Below, piece by piece: positions 9,986 to 18,689 of a stretch of 64,000 bases of DNA. Origin of the DNA: Thermoplasmatota archaeon (lineage in GTDB: Archaea; Thermoplasmatota; JAKEGO01); assembly GCA_028279595.1 (NCBI GenBank), contig JANQNK010000006.1, positions 137,951 through 201,950 of the forward strand. Reading direction: 5' to 3'. Both the position numbers and the translations under genes were made by a program. The first letter of the stretch is position 1, and each line of letters opens with the position of its first letter. Under the pieces are notes generated by a model that was given only the letters and a program-made list of their open reading frames with translations, was not told the DNA's origin and made no database searches.

Positions 9986-11635
9986 ATGCACGAGATAAGG
10001 GCACCCAGGGGAACGGAGCTGACATGTAGGGGATGGGCCCAGGAAGCGGCTATGAGGATGCTGATGAACAACCTCGACCCGGAGGTGGCCAGGGACCCCG
10101 AGAACCTGATCGTCTACGGGGGCATCGGAAAGGCCGCCAGGAACTGGAAGGCGTTCGAGGACATAGTGTCTACCCTGAGGACGCTGGAGGACGATGAGAC
10201 CCTTCTCGTACAGAGCGGCAAACCCGTTGCCGTGTTCAGGACCAACACCTGGTCGCCGCGCGTTCTTATAGTGAATTCCATGCTCGTACCTAAATGGGCG
10301 ACCTGGGAGCACTTCAACGAACTGGATTCAAAAGGACTGATGATGTACGGCCAGATGACCGCTGGCTCCTGGATATACATCGGGACACAGGGGATCCTCC
10401 AAGGGACCTACGAGACACTAGGTTCGCTGGCGACCGAGCACTTCGGAGGTTCGCTAAAGGGAAGGATAACACTAACTGCAGGCCTCGGCGAGATGGGCGG
10501 GGCTCAGCCTCTGGCCGTGACCATGAACGAGGGTGTCTGCATAGCTGTCGATGTTGACAGGAGGATGATCGACAGGCGTTTGGACACTGCATACATGGAC
10601 ACCTGGACCGCCGATCCCGGGGAGGCTCTCGACCTTGCAAGGGACGCCGCTTCCGAAGGGAAGGCGTTGTCCATAGGCGTGTTCGGGAACGCGGCCGAGG
10701 TACTCCCGGCCTACGTGGACCAGGGATTCGTACCGGACGTGGTGACCGACCAGACGTCGGCGCACGATCCACTCAACGGTTACGTTCCGGTTGGATATTC
10801 CGTCGATGATGCGGACGTCCTCCGGAAGGACGATCCAGACGGCTATCTGGAGCTATCGACTTCTAGCATCGCCGACCACGTCCGTGCGATGCTTGCATTC
10901 AAGGAGAAGGGTTCGATAACCTTCGATTACGGCAACAACATCAGACAGGTCGCATTTGACAAGGGTGTCGAGGATGCATTCTCGTATCCCGGTTTCGTTC
11001 CAGCCTACATCAGGCCTCTCTTCTGCCTCGGCAAGGGACCCTTCAGATGGGTTGCGCTCTCCGGTGACCCCGAGGACATCAAGGTAACCGACGAGGCCAT
11101 ACTTGAGCTGTTTCCGGAGGACGTCGGACTCGAGCGGTGGATCAAGAAGGCATCCGAGAAGGTCCACTTTCAGGGTCTGCCATCGAGGATCTGCTGGCTA
11201 GGATACGGTGAAAGACATCGGGCCGGCCTTGAGTTCAACAAACTTGTGAGGGAGGGGATAGTCTCGGCGCCGATCGTGATCGGACGCGACCACCTGGATT
11301 GTGGATCCGTCGCTTCCCCGAACAGGGAGACCGAGGCGATGAGGGACGGATCGGATGCAGTGGCTGACTGGCCGATCCTGAACGGACTGCTCAGCACGGC
11401 CGGCGGTGCGACCTGGGTGAGCGTCCACCATGGCGGCGGCGTCGGCATGGGATATTCCATCCATGCCGGTCTGGTGATCATTGCTGACGGCACAGATCTA
11501 TCTCGTGAAAAGCTCGAGAGGGTGCTAACGAACGATCCGGGGATGGGCGTCGTCAGGCACGCTGACGCCGGCTACGAGGCCGCCCTCGACTGCGCCCGCG
11601 AGACCGGGGTGGTCCTGCCTTCCGAGGACCTCTAA
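9986..11635 (+). CDS. hutU: Urocanate hydratase
   Basis: [43 protein letters not shown] and [18 protein letters not shown]. Start reassigned to ATG 9986 behind GGTGA. Confidence 0.97.
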   Translation: MHEIRAPRGTELTCRGWAQEAAMRMLMNNLDPEVARDPENLIVYGGIGKAARNWKAFEDIVSTLRTLEDDETLLVQSGKPVAVFRTNTWSPRVLIVNSMLVPKWATWEHFNELDSKGLMMYGQMTAGSWIYIGTQGILQGTYETLGSLATEHFGGSLKGRITLTAGLGEMGGAQPLAVTMNEGVCIAVDVDRRMIDRRLDTAYMDTWTADPGEALDLARDAASEGKALSIGVFGNAAEVLPAYVDQGFVPDVVTDQTSAHDPLNGYVPVGYSVDDADVLRKDDPDGYLELSTSSIADHVRAMLAFKEKGSITFDYGNNIRQVAFDKGVEDAFSYPGFVPAYIRPLFCLGKGPFRWVALSGDPEDIKVTDEAILELFPEDVGLERWIKKASEKVHFQGLPSRICWLGYGERHRAGLEFNKLVREGIVSAPIVIGRDHLDCGSVASPNRETEAMRDGSDAVADWPILNGLLSTAGGATWVSVHHGGGVGMGYSIHAGLVIIADGTDLSREKLERVLTNDPGMGVVRHADAGYEAALDCARETGVVLPSEDL

Positions 11636-12728
11636 GCTCGTCGCGCATCGTTCGCTGTCTCACTACCATATATACGCCAAGGGCGGCGTAGGCCATTATC
11701 GCCGCTGCCATTATGTTGGCGGAATATCCGAAGTACTGGGCGATGACGCCGCCGATTAGTGGGCCGATCATGCCCGATAGACTGATCGTCGAGTTGAGCA
11801 ATCCGGTAGCCGTGGCCATCTCGTCGTTCCGTTCGTTCAGCTCCTTTAGGACACCGATGTAGAGGAACGACCAGGACGCCCCGAGGATGAGCATGCCCGG
11901 GATCAGTCCCCACCACGAATTGAATATGATGAAGAACAGGAAGGCGGTCCCAGCGGCGAACAGACCCGTCTTGACCATGGGGTGCGGTTCCTTGAGCCTG
12001 TCCACGTAGTTCATGAAGATCATCTGGGCGACGAAGTTCGGCACCCACATGTATGCGATCATGTCACGTGAGAGACCGAGGGACTGCTGGTAGAGTGGGA
12101 AGATCACCCATGCGATGGACGCTCCGGTGTGCCTGAACAGCATCGCCGCGTAGAGGTGGGAGTTCTTCTTGATCATGGCCACAGGGATCCTCGGGACCTT
12201 GAAGGTCCTCTCCGGGGCCTTCGGCAGTGAGAGGGCGACGAAGAAGGAGACCATGTACACGGCCGAGGCCGCGAGGAAGATGGTGCCCGTGGCGGTGTCC
12301 AGGGTCATGATCGTCCCCGAGATGACGAAACCGATGGTGAATCCCAGGGCGCCGAAGGAGGAGAACCTTCCAAGGGCCGCCTCCCTCTCGGCGACGTATG
12401 CGACGAGAGCGGAGTGGAACATTCCCACTGTGAACCCGCAGATGAACCTGTACATGAGCAGTTCCTCTGGGGAGTTCGCGAGACTTAGAAGTGCGAAGGA
12501 CCCGGAGGAGAAGAGGAGACCGAAGATGACGATCTTCCTCCTGCCGTACATGTCGGCGGCCCGGCCGAAGATCATCGATGAGAGGAATACGGCCAAGGCA
12601 TACGATGCGACGATCACACCGAGGAACATCGCGCTCGAACCGAGGTCGTCGGCATAGAGGGGAATGAACAGCCAGGTCATGGAACCGGCAGCCGCGGACA
12701 ATAGCTTGATGAGTGCCGGCTTCCTCAT
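11553..12728 (-). CDS. MFS transporter
   Basis: About 12 hydrophobic helices and MFS motif [12 protein letters not shown]. The 3' end overlaps hutU convergently. Confidence 0.9.
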   Translation of the reverse strand: MRKPALIKLLSAAAGSMTWLFIPLYADDLGSSAMFLGVIVASYALAVFLSSMIFGRAADMYGRRKIVIFGLLFSSGSFALLSLANSPEELLMYRFICGFTVGMFHSALVAYVAEREAALGRFSSFGALGFTIGFVISGTIMTLDTATGTIFLAASAVYMVSFFVALSLPKAPERTFKVPRIPVAMIKKNSHLYAAMLFRHTGASIAWVIFPLYQQSLGLSRDMIAYMWVPNFVAQMIFMNYVDRLKEPHPMVKTGLFAAGTAFLFFIIFNSWWGLIPGMLILGASWSFLYIGVLKELNERNDEMATATGLLNSTISLSGMIGPLIGGVIAQYFGYSANIMAAAIMAYAALGVYMVVRQRTMRDELRGPRKAGPPRSRGRSRGRPRSRRQRA

Positions 12729-12844
12729 TCGATATACCTCTGATGGATCCCTTCAGACATTCTCGTTCTTACCGGTACATCCCTCATGGCTCAGTCCCTT
12801 GAGTGGGACATCCATGTATGGCTAATAAACGTTTAGGAGGGAAA

Positions 12845-13957
12845 CTAGTCGATCTTCTCTACCCACGGATCACCGTGATAGTACTCGATGTTCATCTCGA
12901 TCCGATACAGGTTGCCAGGATCGAGAATGACCGCATCCGTGATGAGACCTATGGTTATGTTGTAGTTGCTGCTCCACTTCATGTTGGTCATGTTCTTGTC
13001 GGCCGCGAAATCTTGAGCGTCAGCAATTGATGGTGCCCAGAAGTTGAGTGTCGGATAGGCCCTGTCCCACATGAATGAGAGTGTCCCCTCCTGACCGGTG
13101 ACGGTATGATCTATCTGGTCGAACGGATTGTCCACTCCGAGCGTGAACTGGTCAGGCTGGGAGAGAAGGATCTCATCGTCAGTCCAACTGAGATTTACCC
13201 ATACCTGGGTCACGTTGGTATTAAGAACGATATTGTTGTACTCGTCGGTGCCGTTGTCCTCGAGGTATATCTCCGTGTTCTCGATCTCCTCGTAACCGGT
13301 GTTGTTCCAGGTCGCCTTGAACCGCTGCATGGTCACGACGACGTTCTGTGATACCGTGGTCGTGGCCTCGTCCGTGTCCTCCACGGTCAGGTTGACCTTG
13401 TAGGTCCCATTGGCGAGGAACGTATGTGTCACATCCGGTCCGGTCGCTGTACTCCCGTCGCCGAACTCCCACTCGGTCGATGCCGGAAGGATCGCACCAT
13501 CGTTGTCGTACGAGCTCGATGAATCGAAGAATAGTTGCTCGCCGACCCACGCCTCGTTGGTCGGGACGCCGCCCCCGTCCTTTATCGACATGTTCGCCAC
13601 TGGAGGCTCGTTGATCTTGATTGTCCCGGTGGTCGCTGTGCCTACCGCACCGTCGTCATCCCAGACGACGAGGGTTATCGTGATCTCACCGGGTTCTGTA
13701 TAGACATGTGTGTCGAACCCAGTGTCAAGGACGCCGCTGTTGTCGCCGTCGCCGTACCAGAACATGTACTGGACGATCTTGCCGTCGGAATCCTCGGAAT
13801 CCGTTCCCTCGATGGTAACGGTGTCACCGAGATTGAAGGTTGACTGTCCCACGTATATCTTCGCCGTAGGGTTCTTGTTCTTCTCCTCCGAATCCTCCTC
13901 CAGACACCCTGCGGAAAGGACCAGCATCACAACGATGAGAGCGATGTGCACCTTCAT
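12845..13957 (-). CDS. PKD-domain lipoprotein
   Basis: Lipobox-like VLSAGC after a hydrophobic stretch. Two PKD repeats (WYGDGD...HVYTEPG and WEFGDG...HTFLANGTYKVNLTVED). Start taken at MKVHIAL. Confidence 0.85.
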   Translation of the reverse strand: MKVHIALIVVMLVLSAGCLEEDSEEKNKNPTAKIYVGQSTFNLGDTVTIEGTDSEDSDGKIVQYMFWYGDGDNSGVLDTGFDTHVYTEPGEITITLVVWDDDGAVGTATTGTIKINEPPVANMSIKDGGGVPTNEAWVGEQLFFDSSSSYDNDGAILPASTEWEFGDGSTATGPDVTHTFLANGTYKVNLTVEDTDEATTTVSQNVVVTMQRFKATWNNTGYEEIENTEIYLEDNGTDEYNNIVLNTNVTQVWVNLSWTDDEILLSQPDQFTLGVDNPFDQIDHTVTGQEGTLSFMWDRAYPTLNFWAPSIADAQDFAADKNMTNMKWSSNYNITIGLITDAVILDPGNLYRIEMNIEYYHGDPWVEKID

Positions 13958-14075
13958 GACTCCAACCTCACTGCGAACATTCATCAATTCCTTATAAATA
14001 GTTTGCTTGAAGCACGTTACCGTTCCAGTACCGGTGGCTTGGGTCGAGTTCAGGATGGTTCGCCCTGTTCCAGTC

Positions 14076-15572
14076 TCATTCGTAACCCGGCGGATTGACG
14101 TTCTCGTTCCAGTAGTGGTGTGGATGGGTCAGCTTCTGGGCCTCGGTAAGGTCGGAGGCCATTCCCTCCTTGAAGGAACCATACCTTACGCGTATCTGCT
14201 CCTCGGCCGGTACGCTGATCGTCTTCGCCTTCTCCACGTGGGAGCCGTCGATGGTCTCCGATCCCTCGGCGACCGCTATGTCTCCAGCGCAGCGGACCAG
14301 TCCTCCGAGGTCCCGGAGTCTGAGCGTGATCGCCTTGGGGGCGTTGTCTATCCGCCTCGCCCTTGTGATCGACTCCACGATGATACCGTCGATGGCGGTC
14401 CTATCCGCGTGGGGGATCCTTCCGTCCTGGTGGACCTCCTGGGCAATGAACTGCGCGATGGAACTCCGGTTCGACGGGTTGTCCTCCATCGTTGTATCGA
14501 GCACCACCTCGTATCCCGAGCCCAGTATCCTCGACCTCAATGGGGAAAGGATCGCTGGAAGGTCGTTCACGTTGCATGCGGCGACGAGTATGAAATCGCA
14601 GGGGACGTCCTCGACCCTCACCGAGGCTCCCGAGCTCTGCGGGTTCCTTCCGGATATCGGGAAGTTCCTGTCCTGCATCGCCGTCAATATGTACCTCTGC
14701 AGTCCGCCGAGATGTGGCACCTCGTCGATGAAGAGGACGCCTTCGTGGGCCTCGTGGATCGCGCCAGCTACGACCCTGTCGTATGCCGGTGTCCCGATGT
14801 TAGGATGACCGCCGTATGGATCGTGCCTGACGTCTCCGAGCAGCTCGGTCTCGCTCGCACCTGTGGCCATGATGAAGGTCCGCCTTTCTATGGGCATCAA
14901 TACCTTTCGAGGTCGTGCCATGTCCTGTTCGCGCCTCTCGCTGAGGGCCTTCTCGTCGAGGACCATGACCATGTCGCCGGCGAGTTCGTAGACAACGACC
15001 TCCTCGGTGCCGTCAGCCTTTGTCCTGGTGGTACGCACTTGCCCGGCCTTGCCGGCCATCTGCCCTATGGAGATCTCCAGGAAGCCCACGAGGTCCTGGA
15101 AAGGATTGTCCGACTTGGGCTGCCTCGCCTTCGGTGCTCCGCAGTTGTTGCAGATCATCTCGGAGGCGTCGGAGTACGATTCGCATCTGGAACAGAATAT
15201 CCCGAGCTTCTCGGCCGCGTGGAGGGGTACCTCCTGGGGCTTGACGAGCTTGCCGGTACCAGCGGCAAGGCGTTCCTCCCGCTGTGCGACCTCCTCCCGG
15301 GTGAGCGTCTCGATGAAGGGTCTTTCTGGATTCGCCGGATTGTGTACGACCTGGACCTCGTGGTCCGGGTGCGGAAGGTCGAAGGAGATGGCCTGTGCTA
15401 TCATCGATTTACCGATGCCAGGCGGTCCGACGAGGAGAAGGTGCCGCCTCTGGTGTGCGGCCCTCCGGGCCAGCTTGACGGCGTGGTCCTGACCGATGAC
15501 CCTCGATAGGGGGTCCCGCGGGATCTCTATCTCCGAGGTGTTCTCCCACTCGAGGGTATCGGATCCTTCCAT
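14076..15572 (-). CDS. LonB-related AAA+ ATPase lacking the protease domain
   Basis: VIGQDHAV, Walker A GPPGIGKS, LLGDVRHDPYG, GAIHEAHEGVLFIDE and LRLRDLGGLVR. No C-terminal Lon Ser-Lys protease domain; CxxC...CxxC insert present. Confidence 0.88.
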   Translation of the reverse strand: MEGSDTLEWENTSEIEIPRDPLSRVIGQDHAVKLARRAAHQRRHLLLVGPPGIGKSMIAQAISFDLPHPDHEVQVVHNPANPERPFIETLTREEVAQREERLAAGTGKLVKPQEVPLHAAEKLGIFCSRCESYSDASEMICNNCGAPKARQPKSDNPFQDLVGFLEISIGQMAGKAGQVRTTRTKADGTEEVVVYELAGDMVMVLDEKALSERREQDMARPRKVLMPIERRTFIMATGASETELLGDVRHDPYGGHPNIGTPAYDRVVAGAIHEAHEGVLFIDEVPHLGGLQRYILTAMQDRNFPISGRNPQSSGASVRVEDVPCDFILVAACNVNDLPAILSPLRSRILGSGYEVVLDTTMEDNPSNRSSIAQFIAQEVHQDGRIPHADRTAIDGIIVESITRARRIDNAPKAITLRLRDLGGLVRCAGDIAVAEGSETIDGSHVEKAKTISVPAEEQIRVRYGSFKEGMASDLTEAQKLTHPHHYWNENVNPPGYE

Positions 15573-16871
15573 CTACTCCAGGTCCTCCTTCGTCAGTATC
15601 CTCACGGATGAGGGGACCTTGATGACGTTCCCGACCTTCACGCCGATGAGGTTCTTCACGTCCTTCTCCGCGCTGATGTCGAGAAGCCTCTGGGAGATTA
15701 TTCCGTCGAAGACGACGGAGTCGACCTCCTTGTTGCTCTCCTTGAGCTTGTCAGCGAGGTCCTTGACCAGCACTTCCTTTATGACCTTGGTGTTGTTGTC
15801 GAAGAAGACCGCCTTCTGCTTCCCCGCAAGCCTCTCGAGGGTATCCTTGAACTTCTCCTGTTCCTTCGACAGGGTCGGTTCGGGCTGTGCGGGTTCCTGG
15901 GGCGGCTCCTCCACTATGGGCGGCTGTTCCTGAGGCTTGTTCTGGCCCCTGTTCTGGTTCTTTCCGCCCTTGTCCTTTCCCTTGCCGCGTCCGGAGTCCT
16001 TTCCACCCTTGCCATTCTTGCCCTGACCGTTCTCGTCACCCAATCCGAAGATCGAGATGTACTGGTCGACGGGCATCTTGTTCCTGACGGATTTCATCAT
16101 CTGTTTGAGTGTCAGTTCCTCGACCTCCGTGTTCGGAGGTGCCCTGGCGATGAAGTCGACCTCGGCGCGCTGAAGAAGCTCCCGTATGATGAGCTCTCCG
16201 CCGCGGTCGCCGTCAACGAACACGGTCACGACGCGTTCCTTCGAAAGGTCGATGACGGTCTTGGGTATGTTCGTTCCCTCGACGGCTATAGCGTTCTTGA
16301 TGCCGTACTTGAGTAGGTTGATCACATCGGAGCGTCCCTCGACGACGATGATGTCGTCGGACGTCTCGAGTGTGGGTCCCGCAGGGCACTTGTCGTCGCC
16401 GTAGATGACGATCTCTTCCATCTGCACGGCCTGCCTGACCGTCTGCGTGATGTCGAGACCCGCTGTCTTCGACTTTTCTAGGATCTCTCCTAGGAGGTCC
16501 TTCGCCCTGTCGACGATCTGCCTCTTCTTCTGCGCCCGGACATCATCGATCTCCTTGATGCCGATGTGGGCCTTGCACGGTCCGACGCGCTCGATCGTCT
16601 CGAGAGCGGACGCGAGTATGGCGGTCTCCACCTGGTCCAGGCTGGACGGCAGAATTATGGACCCCTCCGACTTCCCCTTCTTTGATGAGATGTCAACCTC
16701 TATCCGGCCGATGCGGCCGGTCTTCTGAAGTTCGCGCAGGTCGAGCTCCTCTCCAAGGAGCCCCTCTGTCTGTCCGAAGATCGCACCGACGACATCGGGT
16801 TTCTCCACCACGCCGTCGGTCGAAATTGTTGCTGTTATCACGTATTTTGTCGTATTCGGGTCGATGTTCAT
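15573..16871 (-). CDS. dnaG: Archaeal DnaG (TOPRIM; exosome-associated primase-like protein)
   Basis: VVEKPDVVGAIFGQTEGLLG, TOPRIM IIVVEGRSDV and FVDGDRGG, C-terminal FDGIISQRL. Confidence 0.96.
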   Translation of the reverse strand: MNIDPNTTKYVITATISTDGVVEKPDVVGAIFGQTEGLLGEELDLRELQKTGRIGRIEVDISSKKGKSEGSIILPSSLDQVETAILASALETIERVGPCKAHIGIKEIDDVRAQKKRQIVDRAKDLLGEILEKSKTAGLDITQTVRQAVQMEEIVIYGDDKCPAGPTLETSDDIIVVEGRSDVINLLKYGIKNAIAVEGTNIPKTVIDLSKERVVTVFVDGDRGGELIIRELLQRAEVDFIARAPPNTEVEELTLKQMMKSVRNKMPVDQYISIFGLGDENGQGKNGKGGKDSGRGKGKDKGGKNQNRGQNKPQEQPPIVEEPPQEPAQPEPTLSKEQEKFKDTLERLAGKQKAVFFDNNTKVIKEVLVKDLADKLKESNKEVDSVVFDGIISQRLLDISAEKDVKNLIGVKVGNVIKVPSSVRILTKEDLE

Positions 16872-16884
16872 TACACCACCTTCC

Positions 16885-16998
16885 CAGAATCACATCGACA
16901 TAACTCTGCTACACGCTCCATCCTCCCGGCCGTTGCCGGGGGGTGCGTGTCGTATGATCGTAAGACCGTGAGTGATGAATCATGTGATTCTGATGGTC
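16885..16998 (-). promoter_or_regulatory. Structured 5' leader of dnaG (nested inverted repeats)
   Basis: 11-bp perfect inverted repeat at 16885-16895/16982-16992 encloses further stems. It lies between a TATATATA box (about 17014-17021) and the dnaG SD. Confidence 0.55.
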
Positions 16999-17025
16999 AA
17001 TACCGAATGCCTGTATATATACTCT

Positions 17026-17056
17026 CCCCTGACCGTCCTGTCATTTCCACTGGAAT
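17026..17056 (-). promoter_or_regulatory. ORB-like Orc1/Cdc6 binding site
   Basis: TTCCAGTGGAAATGACAGG on the minus strand matches the archaeal ORB core and is flanked by an AT-rich tract at about 17070-17125. Confidence 0.55.
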
Positions 17057-17237
17057 CAAAGGTACTGTCAAACAACAAATGAAGGCAATAAATTGTACTT
17101 CTTTTATATAACAAACTCAAATTCTGCCATTTCGATGCTACACGTCGTTCTACGATAACCCGCAATAATGAGGATATATGTTCTCGATGCGGTCCGCTTA
17201 CATTCTCTTTTTATAATCCCCGGGAAATGACGTCACG

Positions 17238-18623
17238 ATGAGCCGGACCAAGATCGTGTGCACGATAGGACCAGCGTCGGGATCCAAGGAGACGGTTACG
17301 ACCATGCTAGAGTCGGGAATGAACGTGGCGAGGATCAACTTCTCGCACGGGACGGCAGAGGTGAATTCTCGATATATCGGCAACGTTCGTTCGGCCGCGA
17401 AAGGGATCGATGGTCATGTCGGGATATTGCAGGACCTGCAGGGACCGAGGTTCCGTGTGTCCGGTGTTCCACAGGATACTGTCCTGGAACCCGGAATGAC
17501 CGTGACCCTGGGCGGTCCGGGCGCCGACATCCAGTTGACCTCACCGGGAGTGCTGCAGCTCCTTGACGAGGGGGACAGGGTGATGATCGACGGAGGTCTC
17601 ATCGAACTCGGGCTCACCGGTATGGGAGACACGCCTACGTTCGACGTGATAACCGGAGGTCCCGTAACCCCTGGAAGGGGCGTCAACCTCCCGGACACGA
17701 CCATCGACCTGCCACCTCTGACGGGCAAGGACCTCGAGGACCTCAAGACAGGTAAGGAGATGGGGGTTGACATCGTCGCCCTGTCGTTCGTTCAACGCGG
17801 GGACGATGTACGGCTCCTCCGCGACACACTCGAGGAGATGGGCTCCGAGGCATGGATAGTGGCCAAGATCGAGAGACGCCAGGCCGTCGACGACATAGAC
17901 GAGATACTGAGGCTCACCGACGGCATCATGATCGCAAGGGGCGACCTCGGGGTCGAGATGCCTATGGAGGAGGTCCCACGGGTCCAGAAGCTCCTCATCG
18001 AGAGGGCCAACAGGCGGTCACGGTTCGTGATAACCGCGACCCAGATGCTGGAGACGATGATGGATAGTCCCCAACCGACAAGGGCAGAGGTCAGCGACGT
18101 CGCGAACGCGATCATCGACGGTTCGGACGCCATCATGCTCTCGGGGGAGACGGCAGTGGGCAAGTACCCGGTCGAATCCGTCAAAAGGATGGAGAGCATC
18201 GCCCGCGAGACGGAGCAGAACCTGGAGAACGACCTTACCTATCACGTCCCTGACGAGCTCGTCGTAAAGGAAGCCGTATCACACACGGCATGCGTCCTGG
18301 CGACCAACCTCGAGGCGAGGAGGATCGTGGCATTCACCGGGTCCGGATCGACGGCGAGGCGGTTATCGAAGTACAGACATCCCATCCCCGTAGATGGATT
18401 CACACCTTCCGTTGGCGCGGCCAATCGCATGTCCATCCTGTGGGGTGTGACCCCACACGTGGTTCCCGTCGTCAATGCGACTGACGGGATATTCGATGTA
18501 GTGGACTCCACGATGAAGAAAAAGGGCCTGGCAGAACCGGAGGACCTCGTCCTCGTCGTGGTGGGCCTGCCCATCGATGAACCCGGGACGACCAACATGG
18601 TCAAGGCCCATCGGATCGGTTGA
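17238..18623 (+). CDS. pyk: Pyruvate kinase
   Basis: RTKIVCTIGPAS, ARINFSHG, DGIMIARGDLGVE, ATQMLETM and DAIMLSGETAVG. Confidence 0.97.
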   Translation: MSRTKIVCTIGPASGSKETVTTMLESGMNVARINFSHGTAEVNSRYIGNVRSAAKGIDGHVGILQDLQGPRFRVSGVPQDTVLEPGMTVTLGGPGADIQLTSPGVLQLLDEGDRVMIDGGLIELGLTGMGDTPTFDVITGGPVTPGRGVNLPDTTIDLPPLTGKDLEDLKTGKEMGVDIVALSFVQRGDDVRLLRDTLEEMGSEAWIVAKIERRQAVDDIDEILRLTDGIMIARGDLGVEMPMEEVPRVQKLLIERANRRSRFVITATQMLETMMDSPQPTRAEVSDVANAIIDGSDAIMLSGETAVGKYPVESVKRMESIARETEQNLENDLTYHVPDELVVKEAVSHTACVLATNLEARRIVAFTGSGSTARRLSKYRHPIPVDGFTPSVGAANRMSILWGVTPHVVPVVNATDGIFDVVDSTMKKKGLAEPEDLVLVVVGLPIDEPGTTNMVKAHRIG

Positions 18624-18689
18624 GCTCAGTTCCACTCACCTTTCGTCAAACCTATATATCGCTGGATTGTTACACGAACGGGGGTAGAT

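Noticed and set aside
12740-12825. Possible C/D box sRNA on the minus strand (two CTGA boxes)
   Set aside because: No convincing RTGATGA C box or terminal stem.
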